This document shows positions 1 to 11,433 of a stretch of 64,000 nt of DNA, piece after piece. The translations under genes were made by a program, and so were the position numbers. Location: positions 1 through 64,000 of the forward strand of contig NW_020846580.1 of the NCBI RefSeq assembly GCF_003704095.1. Direction: 5' to 3'. This stretch comes from Pocillopora damicornis (taxonomy: Eukaryota). Each line of letters begins with the position of its first letter. The stretch's first letter is position 1. The notes under the pieces are model-generated. The model was not told where the DNA came from, searched no databases, and worked only from the letters and a program-made list of their open reading frames with translations.

Positions 1-961
1 CTCGAGTCAAGATATGCAGTGAAGTACCTTGTTTGGTTCGACTGGAAGCTGTAAAAAAAAGATTTTTTAAAGATTTGACGATACATTTAGTCTTCGAACA
101 ATTATTACTCAAGTCAAAACGCTTGGGCCGTTATTGGCAGCTGTGGTGTTTCCCTGTGGATGAAAAGTTTTGTTCCTGCGCATGTAGCCTATCAGTGAAA
201 TGACCTAAGACGTGCAAGAACAAAACTTTTCACTGGAATCAAAATGGCTGCGGCATGATCAAGGTGTATTGCAGTAACCTCGATTATATTTAAAATAAAA
301 GATACATTCTACCTCAGTCGTGTCTCTTGATGTTTCTTTTTCTTTAAAAAAATAAACGATTGCTGAATTCAAGGTTTTTCAAACTATTTGTAACAGGGAC
401 CTCACATCTATACAGCTTTAGGATATGACTGCGTTAAAAGTGCGAAAAAAGTGGGGTGTAAGTGTCGACTGAATGAAGGAAAAATGCAAGGTTAGTGTAG
501 GAAAAGTACGAGAAAACCGCGCCCAAAATATGGGGATAATGCGAGAAAGACGCATCCAAAGTGAGCGACGAGGTCGTGCATGTAGCTGTGCTTTAAAATC
601 TACTCAAAATGCCTTTCGGGAACCTTTCTCTTAATTTTGAGCCACAAAGTTAAAACAGCATTTACGATCAGTCTAGATTGACTTCAGTTACAGTTTGTTA
701 GTTAAACCCTGTAAGACCTTTAAAAAAAACAACTCTGAGATCCTTGTGCTGATTACCCAAAGTGACAACATCCTGTCATTTTTTCGCGACAATACTCTTG
801 AGCTTTTTGGTTATCTGTTCGTCTGTCGAAAGTAAACCATCAAAAAGGTATGCATTTACACCTCGTAAAGAGCAGACACAAGCGGTAAACCACTCGCGTT
901 TCGATCGTAAAAGAGGTCTAACTCGTAAAGAGCGGCTTCGTTGCCTATGTCGCAGTGCTAA

Positions 962-1150
962 TTAACCCTTTAGCTCTCAAGATCTGATTGTTAATTCGCC
1001 CCTCTAGCGGCTACACATTTTCTTGTAAATAAGTAATGAGAATTTGGTACCTGATACGTTTGAGTATTCTCATCACCTATTTGCTTGATAATGTAACGAT
1101 ATTATGGGGAGACATTTCATGTTGATCACTTCTGAGAGTTTAAGGGTTAA
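962..1150. mobile_element. TTAA-flanked ~190-bp MITE (piggyBac-like ends)
   Basis: Begins TTAA-CCCTTTAGCTCTCA and ends TGAGAGTTTAAGGG-TTAA; the body is shared with many other copies in the window. Confidence 0.8.
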
Positions 1151-1224
1151 TGAGAGTTTGCTCGCAGGGAAATAGTCCACTTCATTTCGTTGCCATCCCC
1201 TTCCTTCCCTTATCAGCTGATTGC

Positions 1225-1995
1225 GGCGGAGGGGGGGCTGACTGGTGCACAAAGTGGGGAGGAGAGTAGGGGGAATTTGAGTGAGCACGTCGGTGTATAG
1301 GTACCATATCTCCTTGGTTCTCACATTAAATTTCCCACTCCTTTATGAACACTGGCCTCACAGACAGAAAAAGAATTAACAATTTAGAAGGGAACGAGTA
1401 GACGTCAGCATATTCACTCCACCCAGCCTTTCAGTGTTAGTGACTGCGAGCCTAGGATTCTTTGTTGACTGTAATTCCAACAAAATTCACTTCACAACAT
1501 TGTAGCGCGACTAGACCTAGTCAATTGACTGCTGATACCAAAGAGGCGTGCCTGCAGGTCCTCACTAAAAGCCCCTGCAGGACGCGCGGTTTCCCCCCGC
1601 GGGAAGGTTTGAGACAAGTCAGGGAGAGGTTTCCCGGAGGTCAGGCACAGATTATCAGTGCCAGGCCCCTCAAGGACTTTTCACCTGCTCGCGCTTCTCA
1701 AGGTTTCAGTCAGTGAAACGCTTAAGTTAAGGCTAGGAAGAGATGGGACTTAAGACTTATCAGGGCGCCGGGGGTGGAACGATAGAAGGTGTGCACGAAC
1801 GATTTTGATTTACGAGTTGCGATACATCAAGAAAACGAACAAGTGAGTTTTCTTCGATGTATCGCAATAAGTGAATCGAATCAACCCCTTTCCATGGTAT
1901 GCCCGCCTCCAAGCGAAACATGGCCCTCAGGTTTTTGCATCCCCTGCCAAGCCTACTGTTCAACCACCCTCAAACCAAAGGGTGTTCCCCTCCTA
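1225..1995 (+). ncRNA. Candidate large structured RNA with RNase P RNA-like motifs (unverified)
   Basis: GC-rich island with no credible ORF and at least 8 stems whose G-U pairs favour the + strand. 5' GGAGGGGGG (1228-1236) pairs with TTCCCCTCC (1985-1993). GGGAAGGTTTGAGAC lies at 1601-1615, and its GGTTTGAG is complementary to CTCAAACC (1969-1976). Confidence 0.45.
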
Positions 1996-2790
1996 CCTGA
2001 GTTCTGACAAGGCATGAACTTACGTGTTAATCTTGTAACATTGTGGGCATGTTTTATCCAAATCCAAATCCAATCAGATATGTATTTTTTTAAAAATTCA
2101 TATCCATTTATTTGCATGCATAGCTTTATTAATGTACACAACTCTTTTTATATAGAACATCCATTTGGCATGTGTTACAGGATATAAATGAAAGTCTGAT
2201 TTCCGAACCACCCTAAAATCTTTAATTACATCATGCATCTTCAGATCAACAACACCACGTATTCCAACCACATACTCTGACAAAATAAATACATAAAACT
2301 GTAGATTTGCGATTCAAGAATGAATATTTAAGTTAAAACCTAAAGCGTGCTCTGATTTCAAGGCTTATTCTAAAATGTAAACCGAGTTAGTCATTGATCA
2401 TGATAGCAGTATTACTGAAGATATAAAACTCTTGATAAATCTCACGAATATTATAATGTACAATAAATTATAAAAAGACTGTCAGCCAAACTCCGATGCT
2501 ATGCACACACTTCCCCAAAAGGTTTTCTTCATAGAAAAACCTGAAATGAAAAATCAACTTTGAGGTTTAATATTATTATAATATTTTATTACCATTATTA
2601 TTATCTTTAAAAATCAAAGCTCATTACGCTCTAAAGTCGACTCCCAAAAACTTGTAACTCCCACTACCTTAGTTTAAAATCGATTTCCGTCACATTTATT
2701 TTAGTTTTCCCCTCACGCTAGCTTAGGGCAAACAAATTTTTTTTGGAAGCACAAACCTGTGTCACGAAATACTTCATGAGGACCACTGCA

Positions 2791-5700
2791 TCATAATTCG
2801 ATTCCCAGGGATTTGTAATATGCACTGAAAATAAACCAAAAAAATTGCTATCAGCACCACAAACACTAAGCTGGAGAGACGACAACCAAACGGTAAGGTA
2901 AGCAGGGCTCTCAATATTACTGTTATAGGCCTGGCTGGGTTCCCTGTACCACGATCTTTGGCAACTAACTCTCCTCCCACAAAGCCTCTCCAACCAGGAG
3001 TAAAAACAAGTAACACAAAATTGTCAATAAATGATTGGGACAGGAGGGAGGTAACTCTTAGAGAATTTGCATGCCATCTAAGGAGAGTAACACCCTTCAC
3101 AGAAGATTCAAGTCAGTTTTGTTTGAAGATCTTATCTTGACCCTTTACACCTTGACATCAGTATGCATGTTCTCTATACATTTCCTGAGGTGCTGACAAG
3201 GAAAATTTGTTTTCACAATCAAGAGCTCCTTTAGTTGGGGATTATTACTGTGTGATTCAGGAGGGATATTGTGAGGAGAAATTAGATGCTAGCCACTCTA
3301 AGGGGTTAATGGGTTATTTTCTTTTAAGAAGTTGTTGGATGGAATAGAGAATTCTGTGCCAGAAGGCATTTAACAAAACGTATGGCTTTATTGCTAGGTT
3401 CCCTCTTGCTAAGCCTCAAATTCACTTGAGCGTAAGTCTTGAACTACATAGAAAAAGTTTAGATTGCCTTTTTTCCCAACAAATCAAGAGTGTTTATCAT
3501 TAAAAATTAGAGTGACCTGTAAGAGCCCTGTACAACAACACTTCTTTTCCCATGAAGATGAAAACAAAAAAGTGCGCTTACGCTCTGTCTGCCTCCCTTA
3601 TGGCATCACTCAGTGCTCTTCTTTCCTCTCGCAGGGATTCTCTGTACCACAAAAAAGATTGAAACAATTAAAAGCAAGAAAATTTATGCATACTTCTATA
3701 ACTCAGGATAACACATTATGAGTGCTGAGATCATACCCTGGTCAAGGTAATTTCTGTATGTTCTTAGCAAAAAATGTCGTCATATCTTACACAGTGTGTA
3801 AGAAATAACATGTCTTGCTAAGAATATGAAAAAATTACCTTCAGGCATGAATGAGTACCAGAAATCTGTTTAGGAGAACCTACTGTAGTGCAGGAGTAAA
3901 CTCACAGTATATTAAAATCATATATAAGAGCACTAGCAATAGTCCTGAGAGGTGGGCTCTGGGCATCCTGATGAAGCAACAAGCTCAGGTTATTAGTTAG
4001 CATTATATCAGTACAGCACTGACAACAGAAAATGAATTTGCAACTTGTACATGCAATCATCTCTTACCTGAGAATATCCAGTGAGTCTACACTTTCATTA
4101 TCTGAATCTTCAGACTGTAAGTAAAGCAAAGCAAAGGAATGATCAGCCACAGTCAAAGTTACAAGTATTAATCTCTTCCTAAAGTGAAGTCTAATCTATT
4201 GCAAACTCGTGAAGGGATGGAACATACACTCACCGGTTTTTTCATAGCAATGACTTCTTTGTAGAAAGTGGCAAATTTGGGAACCCATATTTTCATGAGT
4301 TTGCAATTGACTTTCATGGAACTTTACAGATTACTAATTTCAGGGAATATATTAGGGTTCACAAAGCAACCAGGTGGACAATCAGACATGGTTTGATGCT
4401 ACTCTGGTTTNNNNNNNNNNNNNNNNNNNNNNNNNNNNNNNNNNNNNNNNNNNNNNNNNNNNNNNNNNNNNNNNNNNNNNNNNNNNNNNNNNNNNNNNNN
4501 NNNNNNNNNNGTGCTCTGTTGCTTAATTATCTTCACCTTACAATTTCAGTGCAAAGTTTGACCCCAGAAACAATAATCACAAATCAGACATGGTTTGATG
4601 CTAATCTGGTTTAAAGATTTAATGAATTTAACCGAAAAGTTTGGTCTATAGATTGTAACTTCGGATCAATATCGGTATCTGGGCAACTGTCCACCTACCC
4701 CTCCCCTAACTCAACAACAGTCAATTGACAACAATTTAAGGTTAATGTTGGGTTAAGGGAGGGGTAGGTGGCCAGTTGCCCAGATACTGATTTGGATCCA
4801 TAACTTCTTGGTAACATTCATTATATCTTTAAAATAGAGTAGCATCAAGCCATGTCTGATTGTCCACCTGGTTACCTTGTGAACTTTCACCCTTTCACTC
4901 CCGAGATCTCATAAGTAACTCCCCTTACTGTTTGCCATACAGTTCTGGTGATGTTAGTTCAGAGAATTTGGTGTTGGATCAATGAATAATCCCTTTACTA
5001 TTATTTTTCTTTATTTTCATCACTTGCATATATACTTGATATTGTATTGATATTGTAAGGAGAAATTTTATCTTGGTCACTCATGGGAGTTATGGGGCTA
5101 TGTATCTTTATTACAAATCAGTTCCTGCATGTACCTGGTAATGGTTGTACACTTGACATCCCAAGACGGGACGGGGAGCTTGAGCGTGGCCTCCTGGTGG
5201 GTGACTTGGATCGACGAGGCTTAGGACGAGTAAAAGAACTAAAGTCACGATTTTCCAACAAACCTTCGTCTTTATGACGAACAAGAAATGGTTTATTGTG
5301 ATTCGCAAGAGTATCATCAGGTCTAGGTAGTGGTGTACTGGTGAGTTTGCGGCGTGAAGGAGAGGGAGACCGTGGCACTTGCTTAGAGCCTGTGGGACTG
5401 ACTGATCGCCGACTGGTACTAAATGTGCTGTTTGTCAGAAGATCATCGACACCAGAGTCCTAGAATAACAGGTTCTTTTTTAGTTTGTTTCTTTTTATTT
5501 TTTCCTTTCCCTATCTCTTGGGAATGCAATTTTTAAGTGGGACTTTAAATCAAGAATGGCTGTTGTAAAATACACTGCAGACAGTTCACATCCCAACCTC
5601 ATCAGTCACAACAGCTACATGTGAAATGAAAAGAATCCCAGAATCATAGAGAGCCAGTAAAATTACCAAAGAAAGATTTCCAATTTTGAGGCCACAGACA

Positions 5701-8700
5701 TTTCACTGAAATAAATTTTTTTAACAGTTTTGAAAGATAAATAGCTTTCTATCTGCACATATTTTCCATTTGCAAGTCAACCTTTACAGCCTTAATCTTT
5801 TAATCCCTGAGAGTGACTTGCATCTAATTTCTCCTTTCAAAATCACCCCTGAATCAAACATTACAGTCATGAGAATAAAGGAAATGATAATCAACTGGAG
5901 AACCTCTTGACTGTTAAACAAATTCTCTTTGCCAGCACATTAGGAAACGTCTAGAGAACAGTATGGAGAATATACATACTGATGTTACAGTGTAAAGTGT
6001 TAAAACCTTGACATTTCAACTAAGTTGCCTCAAACTTGGAAATTCTCCAAATTTTACTGCTCTCTTTCCATTTTTTCTTTTTGTTCAAAACTCATATTTT
6101 GTCGACTGACATGATCAAGTGACAGGTACTAAACAGCCAAATTATGACCCTCTTTTATTGCCTCGACTCCTCGATAAACAATGAAAAAAATATGGCTCAC
6201 ACAAAGTTTGATTTCAAACAGCCATTCAGGATGAAAGTAAAAGTGATTGAAACAGCACAAAGAAACAAGAGTTGATCCTCTGCATTTTCTAGCATATCAA
6301 AGGCTCCACAAATTTGCACAAGTGATTCTAAAGGAGGTGCTTAAGAGTGAAAGTGTGCCACGGTCTTCTCCCTGACCATCAGTAATTTAAGAAAATATTT
6401 ACAGGTGTAAAGAGTTTTTAAAAAATGTATATCCATTAAGGGAAAAAGTGATTATTACAGGCATTTCACAATTAAAGTGCAATAGACTTTGTACAAGTTT
6501 TAGGTGTAATTCTAAGCAAGTGACTCTGAACATGTAGAACCTGTGATTTCATTGCTGGTTCAAAGAGTTTTTATTTCTTTTGTACAACATGCAAGATGAG
6601 CAGTGTACAGGAAATTAAAGCACTAAACAGTGGGTCAACAGGACCAGATTTGGAGACACTGAAAGGGGTCTTTGAATTGCACCCATGGGCAGGACATTAC
6701 ACATTAACAGTGCCTCTTACCACTCTTGAGTACCAGCAAGCATTCAGGAAAACTTAAAAGATTTCTTGCAATTGCCTGTGATGGGCTAGCATTCCATTCA
6801 CAAGAATGAAATTTGAAGGGATGCATGGATAAAAAGCCCTTTGTAACCTCAAACAAATTACATTTTCACTCTTAATTCTGTTATACTCCCTTGTGAAAAA
6901 TAAGGAGAGTTTGATGTTTTTTGAGGGTTACCAAGATCTTTAATTAATTTCCATGCAATCCTTTCAATATCTCCTTGCCTCTTGATCATGTTTGCATGGA
7001 AATCTGAGTAAACTCCGACTGTATTGATCCATTGGGCTTTTAAGACTTGGTTCACAGTGATTTTATTATTATTTTATAGCAAAAAGACCAGTGCAACGAG
7101 CTTTAGATCATACTTACAGATGATAGGTAATCTGTAGGATCTGGGACTTCCTTGATGGTGGTCTTGGTAGAAAATTCTAACCTCAGAGGCTGGCCCTGCA
7201 GAACAACACAATTTAATTGTTACAAGATAGCTGTGCTAGTTTCTTTACTATGTTTGATTCACAGGATTGACTCAAATTTACATCCAATGCCATTACTTGA
7301 AAATTCAAACTTGAATGTGTATCTAACAAGTACCATAACTATATTCCATTGTTTAACTTACTGTAATTCTTATGGGGTTAAAAAGAGATGTTTTGAAGAG
7401 GGTCACTTCACGACCTGATCCTGGATATGGCGGAACAGCAGGATACAAAAAGTCTCTTGCATTGTTGGCAAAGTGACCAATAACATAGCCCTCTGCAAAC
7501 AAGTATCGTGACATTATTAAAAACAGTTACATCATAAAAATTATGTTAAGGATATCACATAGTTTGTTTGTATTATTGAATCCATCTTAAAGATAGGTAT
7601 TTAACACTCTAAGGTATTTAACACTCTAACTCCCAAGATCTGATTGTTAATTCTCCCTTCTAGCTGCTGCACAATTTATTATAATTTAGTCACAAGAATT
7701 TGGTAATAGATCAAAATAACAACTTCTACTGATAAGTACGAGTATTCTCATGGACTGTGTGGTGGATATTGTACAGAGAAATTAAACATGTTTGTTAATC
7801 ATTTCTGAGAGTTAAAGGATTAATGATTACTTGAAAAGGATCATTTCACTAATTAATGACCCTCTCCTACTCTAAAAGGTAAGATGTTGATTGTCCTTCA
7901 TCTGGCATTCTCCACTACAACATGGTTTGTCAAATAATTAACTTGACATTTATTTAATTATTTCAATCAGCTACTACTGTGTTTAGGTGATCAGTGTTTA
8001 CTTAAAAAGACCTGTAATGCTTTTATCAATGCATGACCCTGTCAAGATTGATTCCATGCATAGTTACACAAAATTTTGGATGACTAACTTGACAAACCAT
8101 TATTGTTCAATCAAGCACACCTCACTTGAAATAATTTGGTACTATCCCTGAATTTTTTTTGAAGAACATAAAACTTACAGACTGTTCATCCAAATTTCAA
8201 AGTTGTTTTTCATTTTCTCTTGTTAGTTTTAAGGAGTTACTGTTTTTAAGGACAACTAAATACATTTTCTTTCAAATAGACACACATTCTAAATTTGAAA
8301 CTTTGTGTTAATCGTTAATTATTCAGACGTCCTCACCAGAAGTTTTTCTTTTTTAAATAGACACAAATTCAGGTTAATTTTTTTTTACAAGAATCTGTAA
8401 TATTTTGAGAATATTTACAAAAATTAAAGCTTTCTAACACAGGTAATTGTCTTACACCTTTTTATAAATTGAACATGTAGTCAGAAGAGTGTATAACCGA
8501 TCTACAAAACAAACTTTGCCATCAATTTACAAATGACGTAGACAACCACAAACACGGTACAATGCCTGTGGACTAACTGTCTAAACCACAAAAGAATCAC
8601 TTTTAATTGTATGTAGAATTTTTGTATTGTCACTACAACCATTGACGCCTTAATGAGACAAACTTTAATTTGAATTAAGGTCAATAAATGTAGAAAGAAT

Positions 8701-9272
8701 ATTTAAAGAAAACCAGAAAAAAGTTGATAAAGTTGCGTTGAAAAACTGAGTTTTTGTAATAAGTATTATGTGATTAGCATGTGACAATCTGAACTCAAAT
8801 TTGTGCGGTTTTCGAACGAAACAAAAACTAATTAAAGTTTGTAACCGAAGTATTCTAACCATGGCTACTACAACAAGGTACGGGGACACTGATTTAGTCA
8901 AATATACAGCTTCCAATGGAACGGAAAGCGCTAAAAACTCAAATTCCGATATATCAAACAACAAACTTGATATCTTTCATGTCTGTTTCTGATTGGTTGG
9001 AGATTACAAGCGAAGATTTCAATACTAATTTCTTTGCAAATGTTGTGGCTACTGTAATAATGTAAACATAATTATCCCACCTCTCTTGAAAAAAAATTCA
9101 GGGTCGAATGCTTTCAGCTGATTATTAGTAACGTCACTGGTGGTAGTACAGAATTAAGCGCTCACGAATAATCTTAGGTTACGTGAAAGTTAATCCCTTT
9201 GCAGCGTTGGTAAGCGAGGGATTTAGAGCAAATTTAAAAAATTAAAAGTATTCTCACCTGAAATGTAGTCAT
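2791..9272 (-). CDS. Uncharacterised Ser/Arg/Pro-rich protein, ~173 aa model
   Basis: Phase-consistent exon chain 9272-9258, 7195-7118, 5459-5135, 4256-4234, 4114-4068, 2824-2791 reads MTTFQGQPLRLEFSTK...RSPSPSRRK...SLDILSAYYKSLGIEL*. AATAAA on the - strand at 2700-2695. The gap at 4411-4510 may hide exons. No family recognised. Confidence 0.55.
4357..4884. repeat. Composite element bounded by 49-bp inverted repeats
   Basis: 4357-4405 and 4836-4884 are inverted copies (46/49 match). A third, direct copy of the core lies at ~4583-4640, and the same core recurs at ~24124-24186. Confidence 0.7.
4664..4799. mobile_element. Palindromic MITE with ~50-bp inverted arms
   Basis: GGATC..TATCTGGGCAACTGTCCACCTACCCCTCCC / GGGAGGGGTAGGTGGCCAGTTGCCCAGATA..GATCC; a second, truncated copy at ~16877-16995. 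Confidence 0.75.
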
Positions 9273-10954
9273 CGTGCTGCCTTAGCTCTACCAGAACATC
9301 TTCACCTTGAGAAATTCAAACAAACGCGATGTTAACTTTCGTATCCGGTTTCCATACCATCAAATATGGCGGAATTCTTCGATCGTGATCCAGTGAATGT
9401 AGCTTACCTTTTAAGTGAACTGTTACGTATGCTGGGTCCTGACAGCTTTTGAATACCTAAGAAAAGAAAGCAAGGTACAATAACAAGGCTAAAATCCACA
9501 CGATCGTCCGAACGTGACGAGAACAAATACACAAAGCAGGTTACGAAACTAAAACTCACCCGTTCGAATCGCAGACGTTCATGAAAGAACAATGGAAAGG
9601 TAGGAGCTACAGACTTGGTATTAACTTCCAAACCCATGCAATTTACTTTCAAATAAACATAGCCATAATCTCGGAGAAAAGTGCCAGGGCATGTCACCTG
9701 AAAAGTGAATGGAAACAGAAAGATTTATGAAATTCGTTCCAACAAAACCTTCGAAGGATCGATCGCATGCAAGACCTTCCTTGCAGCATGCAGTCTGGCG
9801 TCGTTAGCAACGGCGAAGGAATCAGTTGAAATTCCTTCGACATTTCGCCAACAACACTTACCGTGTGAATATCTAACTCCACCACAACTTTCATAGCCTT
9901 ACGAGGCATTGTACTTTTGCGCTTATTTGAAAATCCTAGCGAGGAAAGGTAGGCAAAACAGTAGAGGTCGACGTCAGATCAAACCGGGTCCAGAGAAACC
10001 TGTGATTTAAACCCGCACGGCTAGAGCGTCGCCGCGGGTAGACGCGAAATTTGGTAAACAGTTATTGACCAATCAGAATGCAGTATTCTTTAACTTGATT
10101 AAATGAGTACACTCACGGACAAATGAGAATTATAATTGTTTTGTGACGTCATTGGAACACATAATCGTTAGTTCCTCGATATTTCCCTTGATGACAAGGC
10201 ATAGGAAAAGTTCATGTCCACGGGTCTTACTCGACCAATATACAATCTTCAGCGGCATGAGCTTCAACATGATTCTCATTGGGGATCAAAAATGATCAAA
10301 AATGACCAAAAAAAGCTATTATCCTTGCAGGTGAGCAGAGAAGAAGCCAAAAAAAAAAGAAAACTCAGGCTTCGGCGTGATTCGAGCCGCGCCTCCCGGA
10401 TACAATATGGATGCTTTTAACTTGATCCCAAAAATAGGATCAAAGCAGCTGGGAGCAATATGCAGTAACGGATTTGCACGAGACAGTGTAAATTTAGAAA
10501 GAACTTAACTTCTGATAATGCAAAGTACAGTGGTTTTGTATACAAATGTTTTACGATCACTTGTGATATTTAGAGTTTCGATTGGTATACAAGTTTTTGA
10601 GACAAGAAATATAGTTTATCATACTCCCCAGCAGAAAAGTAAAGTTATTTTGAAATACCTAGTGCAGTTTGGTCGATTGTGTTTTAAAAATATGTATCCA
10701 ACGAAATTCTAACTCTGGGTGTATTCTCCATATATGATTAAAATCTCACCAATAATATTTGTCTCAATAAGAAATGTCATGAGAAGAAAGGAAACTGTTC
10801 TTATTTTTTGTTCCACGCAATTTTGATCTGCGAAATATAAGCGAAACAACCAGAAATAAAATTTTTGAACGTAGAACGACGGGAATGAAAACAATTACAC
10901 AATTAAAAAATAGCTTTCAATTAAAGCGGAAAGCTATTTAACAAAGCTCTACCG

Positions 10955-11116
10955 AATCGGAAGTATTTTGCATGATTTCCTCATACAAGAAAGTGACTTC
11001 CTCTATGGTTTACGAGCGAGGAAAACTCACCCAATATGACTTCTCTCCTCCCCAGGAATTTCCCACTTAGCTCATGACGTCATACCATGAAAAACACTTC
11101 ACGCAAAGATGGCGAC
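10955..11116 (+). promoter_or_regulatory. Proximal promoter of the USP53/54 gene with ETS, kB, CRE and YY1 motifs
   Basis: CGGAAGT 10958-10964; GGAATTTCCC 11055-11064 (reverse complement GGGAAATTCC); TGACGTCA 11075-11082; AAGATGGCG 11106-11114; ATG at 11434. Confidence 0.5.
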
Positions 11117-11433
11117 GGGTCTGTGTTATAAGTTAAGATTTTAGCTTTTTATAGCATTTACGACGGCTTTGAGAGCCCGGAAAGATATTTTAAGAATGTA
11201 AGAGGCTTCATAGGTGCCAGGCAAAGACGTGATTGTGCTGGAGAATGTGACAATCTTGGGAATAATTCTTTGTTTTTCACGAGACGTTAGAATTATCAAG
11301 CGAAAGTTTCCACTGAGAGCTTCCATCAACATTAGATTGTCGTCAAGAGGATGCGTAGCATCTATGCTTGAAAGAACGCATGTCAAAGAAGATTAGTGGA
11401 AATAAAATCGGCTGGTCAAGTTAATTGGAAAAA

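Noticed and set aside
1225-1995. Telomerase RNA, SRP RNA, 7SK or group I/II intron as the identity of the structured island
   Set aside because: No CTAACCCT-type template on either strand, and no recognisable SRP Alu, 7SK GATC-repeat or group II domain V motifs.
1073-2007. ORFs 1073-1324, 1462-1716, 1760-1963 and 1789-2007
   Set aside because: Short, mostly non-ATG starts, no homology or splice support; explained by the higher GC content.
3968-3992. CTGATGA followed by a small hairpin, as a second hammerhead
   Set aside because: No GAAA box after stem II.
9366-9909. Small ORFs MAEFFDRD... (+, 28 aa) and MPRKAMKV... (-, 71 aa) in the promoter region
   Set aside because: No recognisable homology. 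The ATGGCGG context is also a YY1 motif, and the - ORF donor is out of phase with the next exon.
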